The notes: generated from the sequence alone by a model not told the origin. 64,000 nucleotides of DNA from an uncultured delta proteobacterium (GCA_963815115.1 CAWFFN010000005.1:320001-384000); one strand, 5' to 3'. Counted from the stretch's first letter, positions 49,501 to 57,627 are shown. Translations and numbers: made by a program.

Positions 49501-49621
49501 GACGCATCGCGTTCCCGCCGTCGGGGCCGGGGTCCCGCCTGACATCGAGACGCGCCAGCCCGGAGGCGATCGGACGCCAGCCGGACAGGTCCGCGAAGTC
49601 GTCGCGCAGCAGATCGGCCAT
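46553..49621 (-). CDS. Discoidin (F5/8 type C)/CBM-containing six-hairpin glycosidase-like protein
   Basis: LDFDFAGGGGF CBM-like N-terminus; WL.VDF...REYGGL.L.W discoidin; QPGPRRYTRSWIRDG, SHEGY..HPVHAYWDDFW, GDVPHAW. Confidence 0.85.
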   Translation of the reverse strand: MADLLRDDFADLSGWRPIASGLARLDVRRDPGPDGGNAMRLDFDFAGGGGFVVARKELALQLPETWALAFALRGDGPRNRLEIKLAAPGGENVWWYREEALALPPQWQPMRVRSSQVEFAWGPAGGGAISEVGTIEIALAAGPGGRGSVWLADLRFEDRTVRAAPVVRASSAQPGHGADDLFTASPATSWRSQGAAPQWLDVDFQGEREYGGLVLHWEDGGRARAFRVRTSNDGIAWQTAHTTTHADAARSWVYMPGTSARYLRLELDESAGDGLGLSRIEIRPYEFSRSIDSFFRAVAADLPRGDCPRYQVGEQSYWTPIGVADGDTCALIEEEGRIEVDRGTFSLEPFLFVDGALVTWADAAVSQELDDGWLPIPSSVWRVGGLVLRTTAFAARVDDRPVLFVRYRLEHDGPAQSVRLFATCRPFQVTPPWQAFGALGGMSSIGEIVASARGLRVDGARTVVALTPADGAGAATFDQGGVVAHLHGGDVPPRTHVVDAFGYASGALRFDVALAAGGAAEVHLAVPFGTMADMDVVAPPLETIRRDWRERLGGVTVRLPASARPWADTMRTAVAHVLVLRDGPALQPGPRRYTRSWIRDGAIMAAALLRMGCADAAQAFVRWYAPYQKDDGNVPCIVDHNGPDWLVEHDSHGELVFTVTECVRFGADRAFLDSLWPSVERAVGFLARLRETRLAAEYDTPEKRAFRGLLPESASHEGYLAHPVHAYWDDFWAIRAFADAAYLAGVRGDAAEAARLRGLRDAMRTHVRASLETTIAVRGLDYVPGSVEWADFDPTATSNAISLLGELPTLPRDAAAHTYAKYLTGFRQRRGGEIPWKNYTAYEVRIVGALVCLGERSAANELASFLIGDRRPAPWNQWPEISWRDPRSPGHIGDVPHAWIAAEWVLSFRTMLAYERMVDEALVIAAGIPSAWLDEADVEVDGLVTYWGTLGFTLRRAGDDAVTIALRGDVAPPGGIVLRPPLGGTLRAVELDGRAVPEFGADAVTVRRCPSTVVLRASSAST

Positions 49622-49717
49622 GAGCCGCGCGAGCCCTAGACGACGCCTGCGCGGCAGGCAACCCGGTTCCATTCGCGGCGCGGCCGGGGAGTGCGCTAGA
49701 CAGGGGCCGCGTCACCC

Positions 49718-51469
49718 ATGAGCCCCGTCGCCACCGGCTCCGACGAGAGCACTCATTCCCGGCAGACCTGGCGGCACTTCGTCGACGCGATCCGCAACCT
49801 CCTGACGAGCGAGGTCCGCGGCAGGGCGATCTTCCTGTGCGTGTCGCTCCTCCTCATCTTCCTCGCCATCAACGCCCTCAACGTCGTCAACAGCTACGTC
49901 GGCCGCGACTTCATGACGGCGATCGAGAGCAAGGACCGGGTGGGCTTCGCCCGCTACGCGCTGTTCTATGTCCTGGTGTTCGCGGCCTCGACGGTGACCG
50001 CGGTGCTGGCGAGCTACACCCAGGATCTCCTCGGGCTGCTGTGGCGCGACTGGCTCACGCGGCGGACCGTGAACATCTATCTCACCGATCGCTCCTACGT
50101 ACGCGTGCAGATGCCGGGCGGGTTGCAGAATCCCGACCAGCGCATCTCCGAGGACATCCGCACCTTCGTCACGATGACGCTGTCGGTGAGCCTCATGCTG
50201 CTCAACGGCTCCATCACCGTCGTCGCGTTCTCGAGCGTGCTGTGGTCGATCAGCCGGAAGCTGTTCGCGGTCGGCCTCCTCTATGCGGCCGTCGGCTCGG
50301 TGGCGACCGTCCTCCTCGGCCGCCGGCTGGTGTCGCTCAACTACATCCAGGCCGACCGCGAGGCCGACTTCCGCGCGCAGCTGATCCACGTCCGGGAGAA
50401 CGCCGAGTCGATCGCGCTGCAGCATCGCGAGGCGCGCCTGCTGAGCCGGCTCATCGATCAGATCGCCGCGCTGATCGGCAACCAGCGCCTCATCATCAAC
50501 GTCTCGCGCAACGTCGGCTTCTTCACGACCGGCTATAACTACATGATCCAGATCATCCCCGCGCTGATCGTCGCGCCGATGTTCATGCGTGACGACGTGC
50601 AGTTCGGCGCGGTCACCCAGGCGGCGATGGCGTTCTCGACCCTGCTCGGTGCGTTCTCGCTCGTGGTGACGCAGTTCCAGACGATCACCTCGTATGCCGC
50701 CGTCATGGCCCGGCTGAACGTGCTGGTGGACGCGCTCACGCCCGACGGAGTGCCCAGGGAGATCACGGTCGTCGAGGACGGCGAGCGGGTGGCGTGGGAG
50801 CACCTCACGCTGCGTGCGCCACGCGACGGGCGGCCCCTCGTGCGCGATCTCAGCGTCGACACGCCGCGACGCATCCGGCTGCTCGTGCGTGGCCGGGACA
50901 ACGCCGCGCGCACCGCGCTCGTCCACGCCACCGCCGACATCTTTCACCACGGGGAAGGCCGCATCATCCGGCCGCCGCTCGGCCACCTGGCCTTCCTGCC
51001 CGAGCGGCCGTACCTGCCGCCGGGGACGCTCCGTGAGGTGCTGGTCGGCGAGCTCGACGGAGGCGCCGTCGGCGACGAGGAGCTGCTGCGCGTGATCGGC
51101 CTGCTCCGCGCCGAGCGGGTGCTGGAGCACGTCGGGGGGCTCGATCGTGAGGAGGACTGGGACGAGGCGCTGTCGCTGCGCGAGCAGGAGCTGATCGCCG
51201 TCGGGCGCGTGATCGTCTCGCGGCCGACGTTCGTGATCCTCCACAACCCGAGCCGCACGCTCGATCGCGACCACATCGAGATCGCGCTGAAAGCGCTCTG
51301 CGAGTGCTCCGTCACCTGCATCACGTTCACGGGCACCGACGAGGAGGACGACCACATTGCGGCGCACGACGCGCTCCTCGAGCTCGCGGTCGACGGGAGC
51401 TGGAGCTGGAAGCCGATCCGCGACGGCGTCGTCGTCGAGGGCGAGGCGCGGCAGGCGGGCGTGCCGTGA
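49718..51469 (+). CDS. YddA/ABCD-type ABC transporter (TMD + degenerate NBD)
   Basis: WRDWLT, NPDQRISEDI, EADFR, RENAESIAL, FLPERPYLPPGTLRE; Walker A/B and signature motifs degenerate. Confidence 0.88.
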   Translation: MSPVATGSDESTHSRQTWRHFVDAIRNLLTSEVRGRAIFLCVSLLLIFLAINALNVVNSYVGRDFMTAIESKDRVGFARYALFYVLVFAASTVTAVLASYTQDLLGLLWRDWLTRRTVNIYLTDRSYVRVQMPGGLQNPDQRISEDIRTFVTMTLSVSLMLLNGSITVVAFSSVLWSISRKLFAVGLLYAAVGSVATVLLGRRLVSLNYIQADREADFRAQLIHVRENAESIALQHREARLLSRLIDQIAALIGNQRLIINVSRNVGFFTTGYNYMIQIIPALIVAPMFMRDDVQFGAVTQAAMAFSTLLGAFSLVVTQFQTITSYAAVMARLNVLVDALTPDGVPREITVVEDGERVAWEHLTLRAPRDGRPLVRDLSVDTPRRIRLLVRGRDNAARTALVHATADIFHHGEGRIIRPPLGHLAFLPERPYLPPGTLREVLVGELDGGAVGDEELLRVIGLLRAERVLEHVGGLDREEDWDEALSLREQELIAVGRVIVSRPTFVILHNPSRTLDRDHIEIALKALCECSVTCITFTGTDEEDDHIAAHDALLELAVDGSWSWKPIRDGVVVEGEARQAGVP

Positions 51470-51496
51470 CGCGTCCGCGGTCCCGTGTGGCTCGAG

Positions 51497-51643
51497 AGCG
51501 GTTTCAAGGGTGTTTCAAGGGGCCTGTTCGGCGCAGGCTGAACATGACCCCCCACCCCACCCGTTCGGACATCTCTACTTCGGGGAAAGGCGGACATTTC
51601 CACTTTGTGTTGACATCCATGGATCGTCGCCCTCTGATGGGAG
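51497..51643 (+). repeat. Non-coding repeat copy A (interrupted by an IS end)
   Basis: About 45/56 identity with 53242-53296 and 23/24 identity (TGGATCGTCGCCCTCyGATGGGAG) with 53298-53321, aligned by eye. Confidence 0.75.
51566..51615. mobile_element. Solo IS end, IS1202/ISNCY-like
   Basis: Terminal TGT (GTTGACA on +) with two subterminal direct repeats CGGACATyTCyACTT 25 bp apart; no transposase nearby. Confidence 0.65.
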
Positions 51644-51722
51644 AGCGCCGGGGAACAGTCGCCCAGTGACGGACTCGGGCGTCCTTGTAGGCGGGCTGCG
51701 GTTCGGTGTACTCCGCCGCGCT

Positions 51723-52205
51723 ATGACGGTGCGCGGAGCGTTCCTGGTGGCGGCGTTTGCGATCGGATTGCTGGGCGGCGTCGCCGAGCGCGCCTCGGCG
51801 GAGTGGGTCGTCGATGCGAGGGGCAAGTGCGTGGAGCGATGGTCACCGGGATCGCTACTGCGCGGCCCGACGGCGATGCTGATGGCACCCACGGCGCCAT
51901 TCCGCCACGCGGCGGGCGTGTTCAGCTACGAGCCGCCGAACCCGGGCGCGGGCAAGGAGGGGTTCGATCCCTGGGGGCCGGTGACGGCGGTCCTCGCCGG
52001 CACCGTCGGCGTCCTCGACAGCGGCGTGTGGCTCGGCACCGGACTGGCAGACACGGTCACCGGCGGTTACTTCGCTATCGCGCCCCATCGCGCCACGCAG
52101 CTCAGCCTGGACCCGCTGATCCCGCTCCTGATGTCGGAGGGACAACGGAACGCGATCGAGGCGAAGCGCCCGGATCCGTGCGGCCGTATCGGGGCGCCCT
52201 CCTGA
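51723..52205 (+). CDS. Hypothetical exported/membrane protein
   Basis: Signal peptide ending ASAE; hydrophobic segments; GLADTVTGGYF; start uncertain. Confidence 0.55.
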   Translation: MTVRGAFLVAAFAIGLLGGVAERASAEWVVDARGKCVERWSPGSLLRGPTAMLMAPTAPFRHAAGVFSYEPPNPGAGKEGFDPWGPVTAVLAGTVGVLDSGVWLGTGLADTVTGGYFAIAPHRATQLSLDPLIPLLMSEGQRNAIEAKRPDPCGRIGAPS

Positions 52206-52231
52206 CGGCGGCTGCCCGAGGAGATGAAACG

Positions 52232-53071
52232 ATGCACACGTCACAGCGCGTGACGGTCGAGGCGCAGGTGAACTACCTGACTCCGATGGCGGAGAAGCCG
52301 GTCAACTACACGTTCCGGCCGCCGCCCGGGGTGCCCTTGCGCAGCGGCCGACCGGAGCCCCATCGCATCGAGGTGCGCAATGCCCGGACGCTCGCCGCGC
52401 GGCCCTCCCTGGACGAGCAGGGCTTCGCACTGGTCACCCGCGGGACGTCGGTCGGGAACTTCCACGACGCGGCCGAGGTGTGCTCGGTCTACTATCCGGA
52501 GATCGAGGCGCTCCTGAAGGCGGCCACCGGCGCCGCCGAAGTCGTGGTCTTCGACCACACGCTGCGCTCGGCATCCGCCGAGCAGCGTGCCGCGACGGGG
52601 ATCCGGGAGCCCGTGCGGTACGTGCACAACGACTATACCGCCCTGTCCGGCCGCCAACGGGTGACCGATCTCCTCGAGCCCGCACACGCTGCCGAGCGCC
52701 TGAAGGGCCGCCACGCGGTGATCAATGTCTGGCGATCCATCCACCGGCCGGTCGAGCAAGCACCGCTGGCGGTCTGCGACGCCCAATCGATCGCGCCGGA
52801 GGACCTGGTGGCCACCGACCTCATCTATCGGGATCGCATCGGCGAGGTGTACTCCCTCACCCACAACCCGCGCCATCGCTGGTTCTACTACCCCGCGATG
52901 GCTCCGGACGAAGCCCTGCTCATCAAGACGTACGATTCGCTCGAGGACGGTCGGGCGCGCTTCACCGCGCATACGGCCTTCGACGACCCGAACACGCCGC
53001 CCGATGCGGCGCCACGTGAGAGCATCGAGGTCCGGGCGCTCGTCTTCTACCCGGCCGCCGCCCGGTCGTGA
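52232..53071 (+). CDS. CmcJ/NvfI/AsaB-family putative Fe(II)/2OG oxidoreductase
   Basis: LDEQGF, YYPE, FDHTLR, VHNDYT, INVWR, PLAVCDA, FTAHTAF, RESIEVRAL. Confidence 0.88.
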   Translation: MHTSQRVTVEAQVNYLTPMAEKPVNYTFRPPPGVPLRSGRPEPHRIEVRNARTLAARPSLDEQGFALVTRGTSVGNFHDAAEVCSVYYPEIEALLKAATGAAEVVVFDHTLRSASAEQRAATGIREPVRYVHNDYTALSGRQRVTDLLEPAHAAERLKGRHAVINVWRSIHRPVEQAPLAVCDAQSIAPEDLVATDLIYRDRIGEVYSLTHNPRHRWFYYPAMAPDEALLIKTYDSLEDGRARFTAHTAFDDPNTPPDAAPRESIEVRALVFYPAAARS

Positions 53072-53229
53072 GCATCCAGCCATCGGGTGGCGGCGGTCTT
53101 CGTGGCAACCGCCGCCGGGAGTTCGATTGGCGCTCGCTGTCGACAATCAGGGCTGCGCTCCGAGACTACTGCCGGTCGATGCGGCCGGACAAGCCCAGCC
53201 TATGGTAAGAGCGGGTCCGTCCTGGAGGG

Positions 53230-53321
53230 GGGCAGATAGCGGTTTCAACGGGCGTGTTCGGCCCAGGTGGATATAACCCCCCATCCCGGACGTTCGCTGG
53301 ATCGTCGCCCTCCGATGGGAG
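53230..53321 (+). repeat. Non-coding repeat copy B
   Basis: Homologous to 51497-51643 without the IS-end segment; its GGGCAGATAGCGGTTTC 5' part also matches 43232-43257. Confidence 0.75.
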
Positions 53322-53343
53322 CCCTGACAGCCATCCGCACGGC

Positions 53344-53433
53344 GTGACTACCAGCTCGCGACCCTTCCGTAGCGAGGACGCGTACGTCGCCGACACCGGC
53401 GGTGGTCGTGTCCAGAAGTTCGGGTGTCCCTAG
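53344..53433 (+). pseudogene. C-terminal remnant of an NHL-repeat protein
   Basis: ...AYVADTGGGRVQKFGCP* resembles the NHL YVAD.GN.RIQKF motif. Confidence 0.5.
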
Positions 53434-53466
53434 CTCATCCGGGCCTACCGGCCGCCGCCGTCATCG

Positions 53467-54069
53467 TCACGAGATGGGGTGACCAGGGGGGTGGACATTC
53501 GGCTGACAAGAACAGGTTCCCGGGGGCAAGGATCCCTCCGGCACGCAGTGGTACCCTGGGGAGCAAGCGCCGCCGCATTGCGGGTAGAGCACCGGTCCGC
53601 AGGGTGGCAGCGTCGTCGTGGTGGTCGTCGACGTGGTGGTGGGCGTCTGGCACGTCGATCCGCCCGCGGAGGGCGCGCAGACGAGGCCAACACAGCACGA
53701 CGTCGACCCGCAGGAATCGCCGGCGGCCACGCAATCGCCGGGCTCGGCGACCACGAGCCCCATGACGATCGCGTCGACGTGCGCTTCGACCGCCGCGACG
53801 TCGCCGGTCGTGCGACATCCACCCTTCGCCTCCGCCGCCGCGAATGCCGCCGTGAACCGCTGATCGGCTTTCGCGAGACAGGTATCGTCGACGGGCACGC
53901 TCACCTTGACGGACTTGCCCCAGCACGCGAGCTTCGCGACGGCCTTCTTGCTCGCCGCGGTGAGCTTGGCGGCGGCGCATGTGTCGGCGGGGGTCGCAGC
54001 GGCAGCCACGCGGGCCAGCACGAGGATCGCGGTGAGGATCGAGCGGAGCGCTGGACGTGTCGTGCGCAT
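53467..54069 (-). CDS. Secreted Cys-rich hypothetical protein
   Basis: Signal peptide; CAAAKL...C..K...CL.KA...GGC helical domain; knottin-like C..CC..C..C; Thr linker; Cys-rich tail. Confidence 0.75.
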   Translation of the reverse strand: MRTTRPALRSILTAILVLARVAAAATPADTCAAAKLTAASKKAVAKLACWGKSVKVSVPVDDTCLAKADQRFTAAFAAAEAKGGCRTTGDVAAVEAHVDAIVMGLVVAEPGDCVAAGDSCGSTSCCVGLVCAPSAGGSTCQTPTTTSTTTTTTLPPCGPVLYPQCGGACSPGYHCVPEGSLPPGTCSCQPNVHPPGHPIS

Positions 54070-54080
54070 GGCAATCCCCG

Positions 54081-55277
54081 TCAGTTGGTGGCGCAGCCGA
54101 ATATCGACTGGCCGGTCGAGGGCCAGACGTACATGCCGACGAAGCATTGCTCGGAGTCGACGGACTCGCCGAAGAATATCGTGTGGCCCGTCGCGTTGAC
54201 GTAGGTGCAGATCGTCTGGACGGCGTCCCCGGCGTGCACCGGGAACGACGTCGGCAAGACGAGCTGATCGCCGAGTGTGTACGGTGCATCGAGGACCGTC
54301 TTCGGCACGGCGCCCGTGGTGATCACCATTTTCACATGGGTGCCCCTGGCATGGAGATGCGGCCACAGCCCCACGACCTGCGTCTCGTCCAGCCAGCTGC
54401 ACCCGCCGGACGCCGTGTGCGGCATGCCGTCACTCGGGATCGAGATGTTGAACGTCCCGGTGAGCACCAGGGCGGCATCGTCGAGCACGCTCGACGCCGG
54501 GCCGGTGCGGACGAGCACCCCCGCGATTCCGTTCGCGGGCACGGCCGCGTCGTTCGCGAGAGACACGTTCAGGTTGACGTAGTCGCCCGCATGCAGATGC
54601 ACGCCGACGCCCAGCGGGAAGGCGAAGTCGTCCGTGCCGATTCCCGACGCGAAGATCAGCCGATCGTCGAGGCTTCCCGCGTTGCAGTCGTAGTCGCCGA
54701 GCGGTGCCGAGGTGGACGACGACACGGTGACGAGCATCTCGAACACGCCCGTCGGAGACACTGGACGGAACGCCTTGATGTACACGTCCGACGGAACCCG
54801 AACCCGCCGGCACTGGAATCGCTGGGACCCCGGCAGGGTCGACCAGGAGCGCCCGACCAGCAGGCGCCAGTCGCCGTCGGGGCCGCCGGGCTCGCCGGCC
54901 ACGAGCATGGTGACGCCGTCATCGACGTCGGACGCGATGGTCGTCGCATCGCCGCTCCTGGCGCACCCGCCTTTCGCGTCGGCCTTGACGAAGGCGGTCG
55001 TGAGCTTCTCCTCCGCCTTCAGCAGGCACGCGATGTCGACCGGCCGCGCCCTCTTGACGGCGCTCGTGTAGCACTTGAGCTCGCCCGCCGTTCCTTTGCC
55101 CGCGGCATTGAGCTTGGCCGCGGCGCAGGTCCCCTGCGGCGTCGTCGCGGCGCGCGCGACGTCCGGGGACAGCGTCCAGGCGGCGAGGACGACGACGGCC
55201 GCCGTGGCGTGTCGGACCGCATCGATCGATGTCGCGCGGTCGCGGGTGACGATCCGGGATGCTCGCCTGAAGGTCAT
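54081..55277 (-). CDS. Secreted protein: CAAAKL domain + degenerate copper type II (PHM/DBH-like) monooxygenase domain
   Basis: WPHLHARG, CTYVN.TG..I.FGES...EQC. Confidence 0.72.
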   Translation of the reverse strand: MTFRRASRIVTRDRATSIDAVRHATAAVVVLAAWTLSPDVARAATTPQGTCAAAKLNAAGKGTAGELKCYTSAVKRARPVDIACLLKAEEKLTTAFVKADAKGGCARSGDATTIASDVDDGVTMLVAGEPGGPDGDWRLLVGRSWSTLPGSQRFQCRRVRVPSDVYIKAFRPVSPTGVFEMLVTVSSSTSAPLGDYDCNAGSLDDRLIFASGIGTDDFAFPLGVGVHLHAGDYVNLNVSLANDAAVPANGIAGVLVRTGPASSVLDDAALVLTGTFNISIPSDGMPHTASGGCSWLDETQVVGLWPHLHARGTHVKMVITTGAVPKTVLDAPYTLGDQLVLPTSFPVHAGDAVQTICTYVNATGHTIFFGESVDSEQCFVGMYVWPSTGQSIFGCATN

Positions 55278-55313
55278 TGGAATGCGCTCCCGACCGTGGA
55301 GGCGTGACCGCGT

Positions 55314-55342
55314 ACGGCACGACGTGCCGTCGTCCGGCACGA
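55314..55342. promoter_or_regulatory. Palindromic putative operator
   Basis: ACGGCACG-A-CGTGCCGT perfect inverted repeat plus a third half-site CGGCACGA, between a regulator-like gene and the secreted-protein genes. Confidence 0.35.
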
Positions 55343-55373
55343 ATCGCGGGCCCCGCAAAAAATTTGGCGGAAC

Positions 55374-57257
55374 CTAGAGGTCCCAAAAGATGGACGGGGC
55401 GGGGCCCGGATCGTAGGCGCAGCAGTGGCCGGTCTTGATCGAAGTCGCGAGATGGCGGCCGAGGGCCTCGTCGTTGGTGCGGACCTTCGCGATCGCGGCC
55501 TTGATGGCCTTCGTCACCATCAGCCGCGCCCGCTCGGCGTGTGACGCGGCCTTTCGGTCTCGACCGCCGAGGCCGAGCGCGGCGACGATCTGTTCCCGAA
55601 GCGACTCGATCTCGGCGCGCAGGCGCGCCGCGCGCAAGGTGTCGTTCAGTCGAACGGCGTCGGCGAGCTCGTCGCGCATCTCACCGATGCGCCGGCGATA
55701 CTGCTCGCGAGCCGCGGCATCGATCGACGGTCCGGCGTCTCCGAGGTCCGCGGCGGTCGCGTCGGAGTCGACCCTCGCACGGCGGCTGCCGGGCGGCGCA
55801 GCCGCCTCGGCGAGATCGCGCGCGAGGATCGGGCGACCGGGGTGCGCCAGGAGGTGCGCGATGTAGCGAAGCCCCTTGGCGTCCTTCAACCTGATCACGT
55901 TGGCCCGCCACGACACCGTCCAGTACTCGCCTTCGCGCCGAAACGTCGCCTCGGCGTCCGCCGATCCGGCTCCGCCGCTCGCGGTCGCGCTGCGGGCGCC
56001 GTCGATCTCGACGCCACGTCGTGTCGGCGCGTGTCGGCGATAGACCTCGATCGCGCTGTCGAGCTTCTCGATCGCCGCGCGGCGCTCGGCGCCGGCTTGC
56101 AGCGTTCGGCCCCAACTCTGGAACGTCCGCGCTTCCTGCCACACCATGCCGTACCGACGAAAGGTCTCCGCCGCCTTGATGAAGAGAGCTTCGGATTCGC
56201 TCCACGATCCCCGCGCCGCGGCGACGACCGCCTCGGCCCGCGCGACGAGGCCGGCCAGCGCGGCCGCGTCGTCGCCCGCGGCCAGGATCTCGCGGCATCG
56301 CTCGAGCTCTGCGATGGCTTCGTCCGGATTTGCGCACTCGCCGTCGGGCGATTCTCCCGCCATCGGGTGCGCGAAGCCCAGCTCGTCGGCGGCCGCCGGC
56401 GCGGCGATCGGTTGGACCGCGTCCGGGCGACGGCGTTGGCCGGTCACGAACTCCTCGACCTCGTCGAGCAAGAGGTCGAGCACGTCCCGATCCATGGCCT
56501 GAAGCAGGTGATCGTCGCCGGGAAGCTCGACGTACTTGGCGCCCGGAATGGTCCGCGCCAGGTATCGTCCGGCCTCGACCGGAACGAGTGCGTCCCCCGC
56601 GCGATGCAGGACGAGCGTCGGCACGCGGATCGACGGCAGGAGATCGCGCACGTCGATCTCGTAGTTCGCCCGGACGAGCGCGAGGATCCCGTTCGGACTC
56701 GCCACCGCACGCTCGAGCCGACCGAACCACTCGACGAACGCCTTGTCTCCGAGGCGCTGCGGGGCGTTCAGGCGCACGAGGATGCCTTGCCCCCAGTACG
56801 TCTCGAGCGCCACGAGAAATCGCTGCATCAGCTCGCGGCTCACCGTCCATGGCGGGGCCTGCATGGAGGCGTACGTGCCGTACAGGATGAGACCCGACAG
56901 CCGCTCCGGATGCTTGGCCGCGAGCGTGAGACACATCTGCCCGCCTTCGGACCAGCCGTAGACGGTCGCGCGACGCGACCCCGTTGCATCCATGACCGCC
57001 AGGATGTCGCCGACACGCTCGTCGAGCGTCTGCTCGGCGACTCGATCGGACAAGCCCTGTCCGCGCTTGTCGAAGACGATCACTCGCGCGAACGAGGCGA
57101 GCCGCTTGAGCATGTAGGCGTTGATGGGAAGCTCCCAAAAGAGCTCCACGTGCGACACCGTTCCCGGTACGAGGACGACGTCGCACGGGCCGTCTCCGAA
57201 AACCCGGTACGCGATGTGGACGTCGCCACTCTTGGCGTACTTCGTGCCGGCTTCCAT
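55374..57257 (-). CDS. Alpha/beta hydrolase fused to TPR-like and putative DNA-binding C-terminal domain
   Basis: YAKSGDVHIAY, FDKRGQGLSD, GWSEGG, LPGDDH; FRREGEYWTV, KGLRYIA.LL, ERARLMVTKAI, IKTG..CAY.P. Confidence 0.8.
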   Translation of the reverse strand: MEAGTKYAKSGDVHIAYRVFGDGPCDVVLVPGTVSHVELFWELPINAYMLKRLASFARVIVFDKRGQGLSDRVAEQTLDERVGDILAVMDATGSRRATVYGWSEGGQMCLTLAAKHPERLSGLILYGTYASMQAPPWTVSRELMQRFLVALETYWGQGILVRLNAPQRLGDKAFVEWFGRLERAVASPNGILALVRANYEIDVRDLLPSIRVPTLVLHRAGDALVPVEAGRYLARTIPGAKYVELPGDDHLLQAMDRDVLDLLLDEVEEFVTGQRRRPDAVQPIAAPAAADELGFAHPMAGESPDGECANPDEAIAELERCREILAAGDDAAALAGLVARAEAVVAAARGSWSESEALFIKAAETFRRYGMVWQEARTFQSWGRTLQAGAERRAAIEKLDSAIEVYRRHAPTRRGVEIDGARSATASGGAGSADAEATFRREGEYWTVSWRANVIRLKDAKGLRYIAHLLAHPGRPILARDLAEAAAPPGSRRARVDSDATAADLGDAGPSIDAAAREQYRRRIGEMRDELADAVRLNDTLRAARLRAEIESLREQIVAALGLGGRDRKAASHAERARLMVTKAIKAAIAKVRTNDEALGRHLATSIKTGHCCAYDPGPAPSIFWDL

Positions 57258-57627
57258 TACCGACGCTCTGCCTCTCGCTGCACGCTGCCGCGTGGAGCGG
57301 TGCGCTGTCAATGGATGGCGTCGAGGCGGTCCTGGGCGATGGGCGGCCGCAAAAGCGGCGCTTCCAGAAGGCGTTCCGCCCTGGCGTGCAGAGCAGCGGT
57401 TCCATTCTCAGGACGAAGCTCCCCTCGAAGGCGAAGACCGGGACAACGCCGACTTCGGAGGGTTGCCAGCGGCGCCGGGGAGGACCGAGGTTCAGGCGTT
57501 TCGACCTCGTGCGGGAGCTTCCACTCAGAGGCGACGCTGCACGTGTACGTGGCGGCGCTGCGGTTCTCCACCGGTGACGTTGGAGCGGCGGACGTGATGT
57601 GTCAGGTTCCGGCGCCGCGGACGATCC

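Noticed and set aside
51501-51520. Tandem GTTTCAAGG resembling the start of a CRISPR repeat
   Set aside because: Only an 11-bp-period local duplication; no regularly spaced repeat-spacer array and no cas genes
51497-53321. Integron attC or dif/Xer interpretation of the repeats (GTTCGGC boxes)
   Set aside because: No matching complementary R'' box forming an attC stem, no XerC/D consensus and no integrase in the window; kept only as an unexplained repeat
57258-57627. 370-bp intergenic stretch with short ORFs
   Set aside because: No recognisable protein motif, RNA structure or repeat
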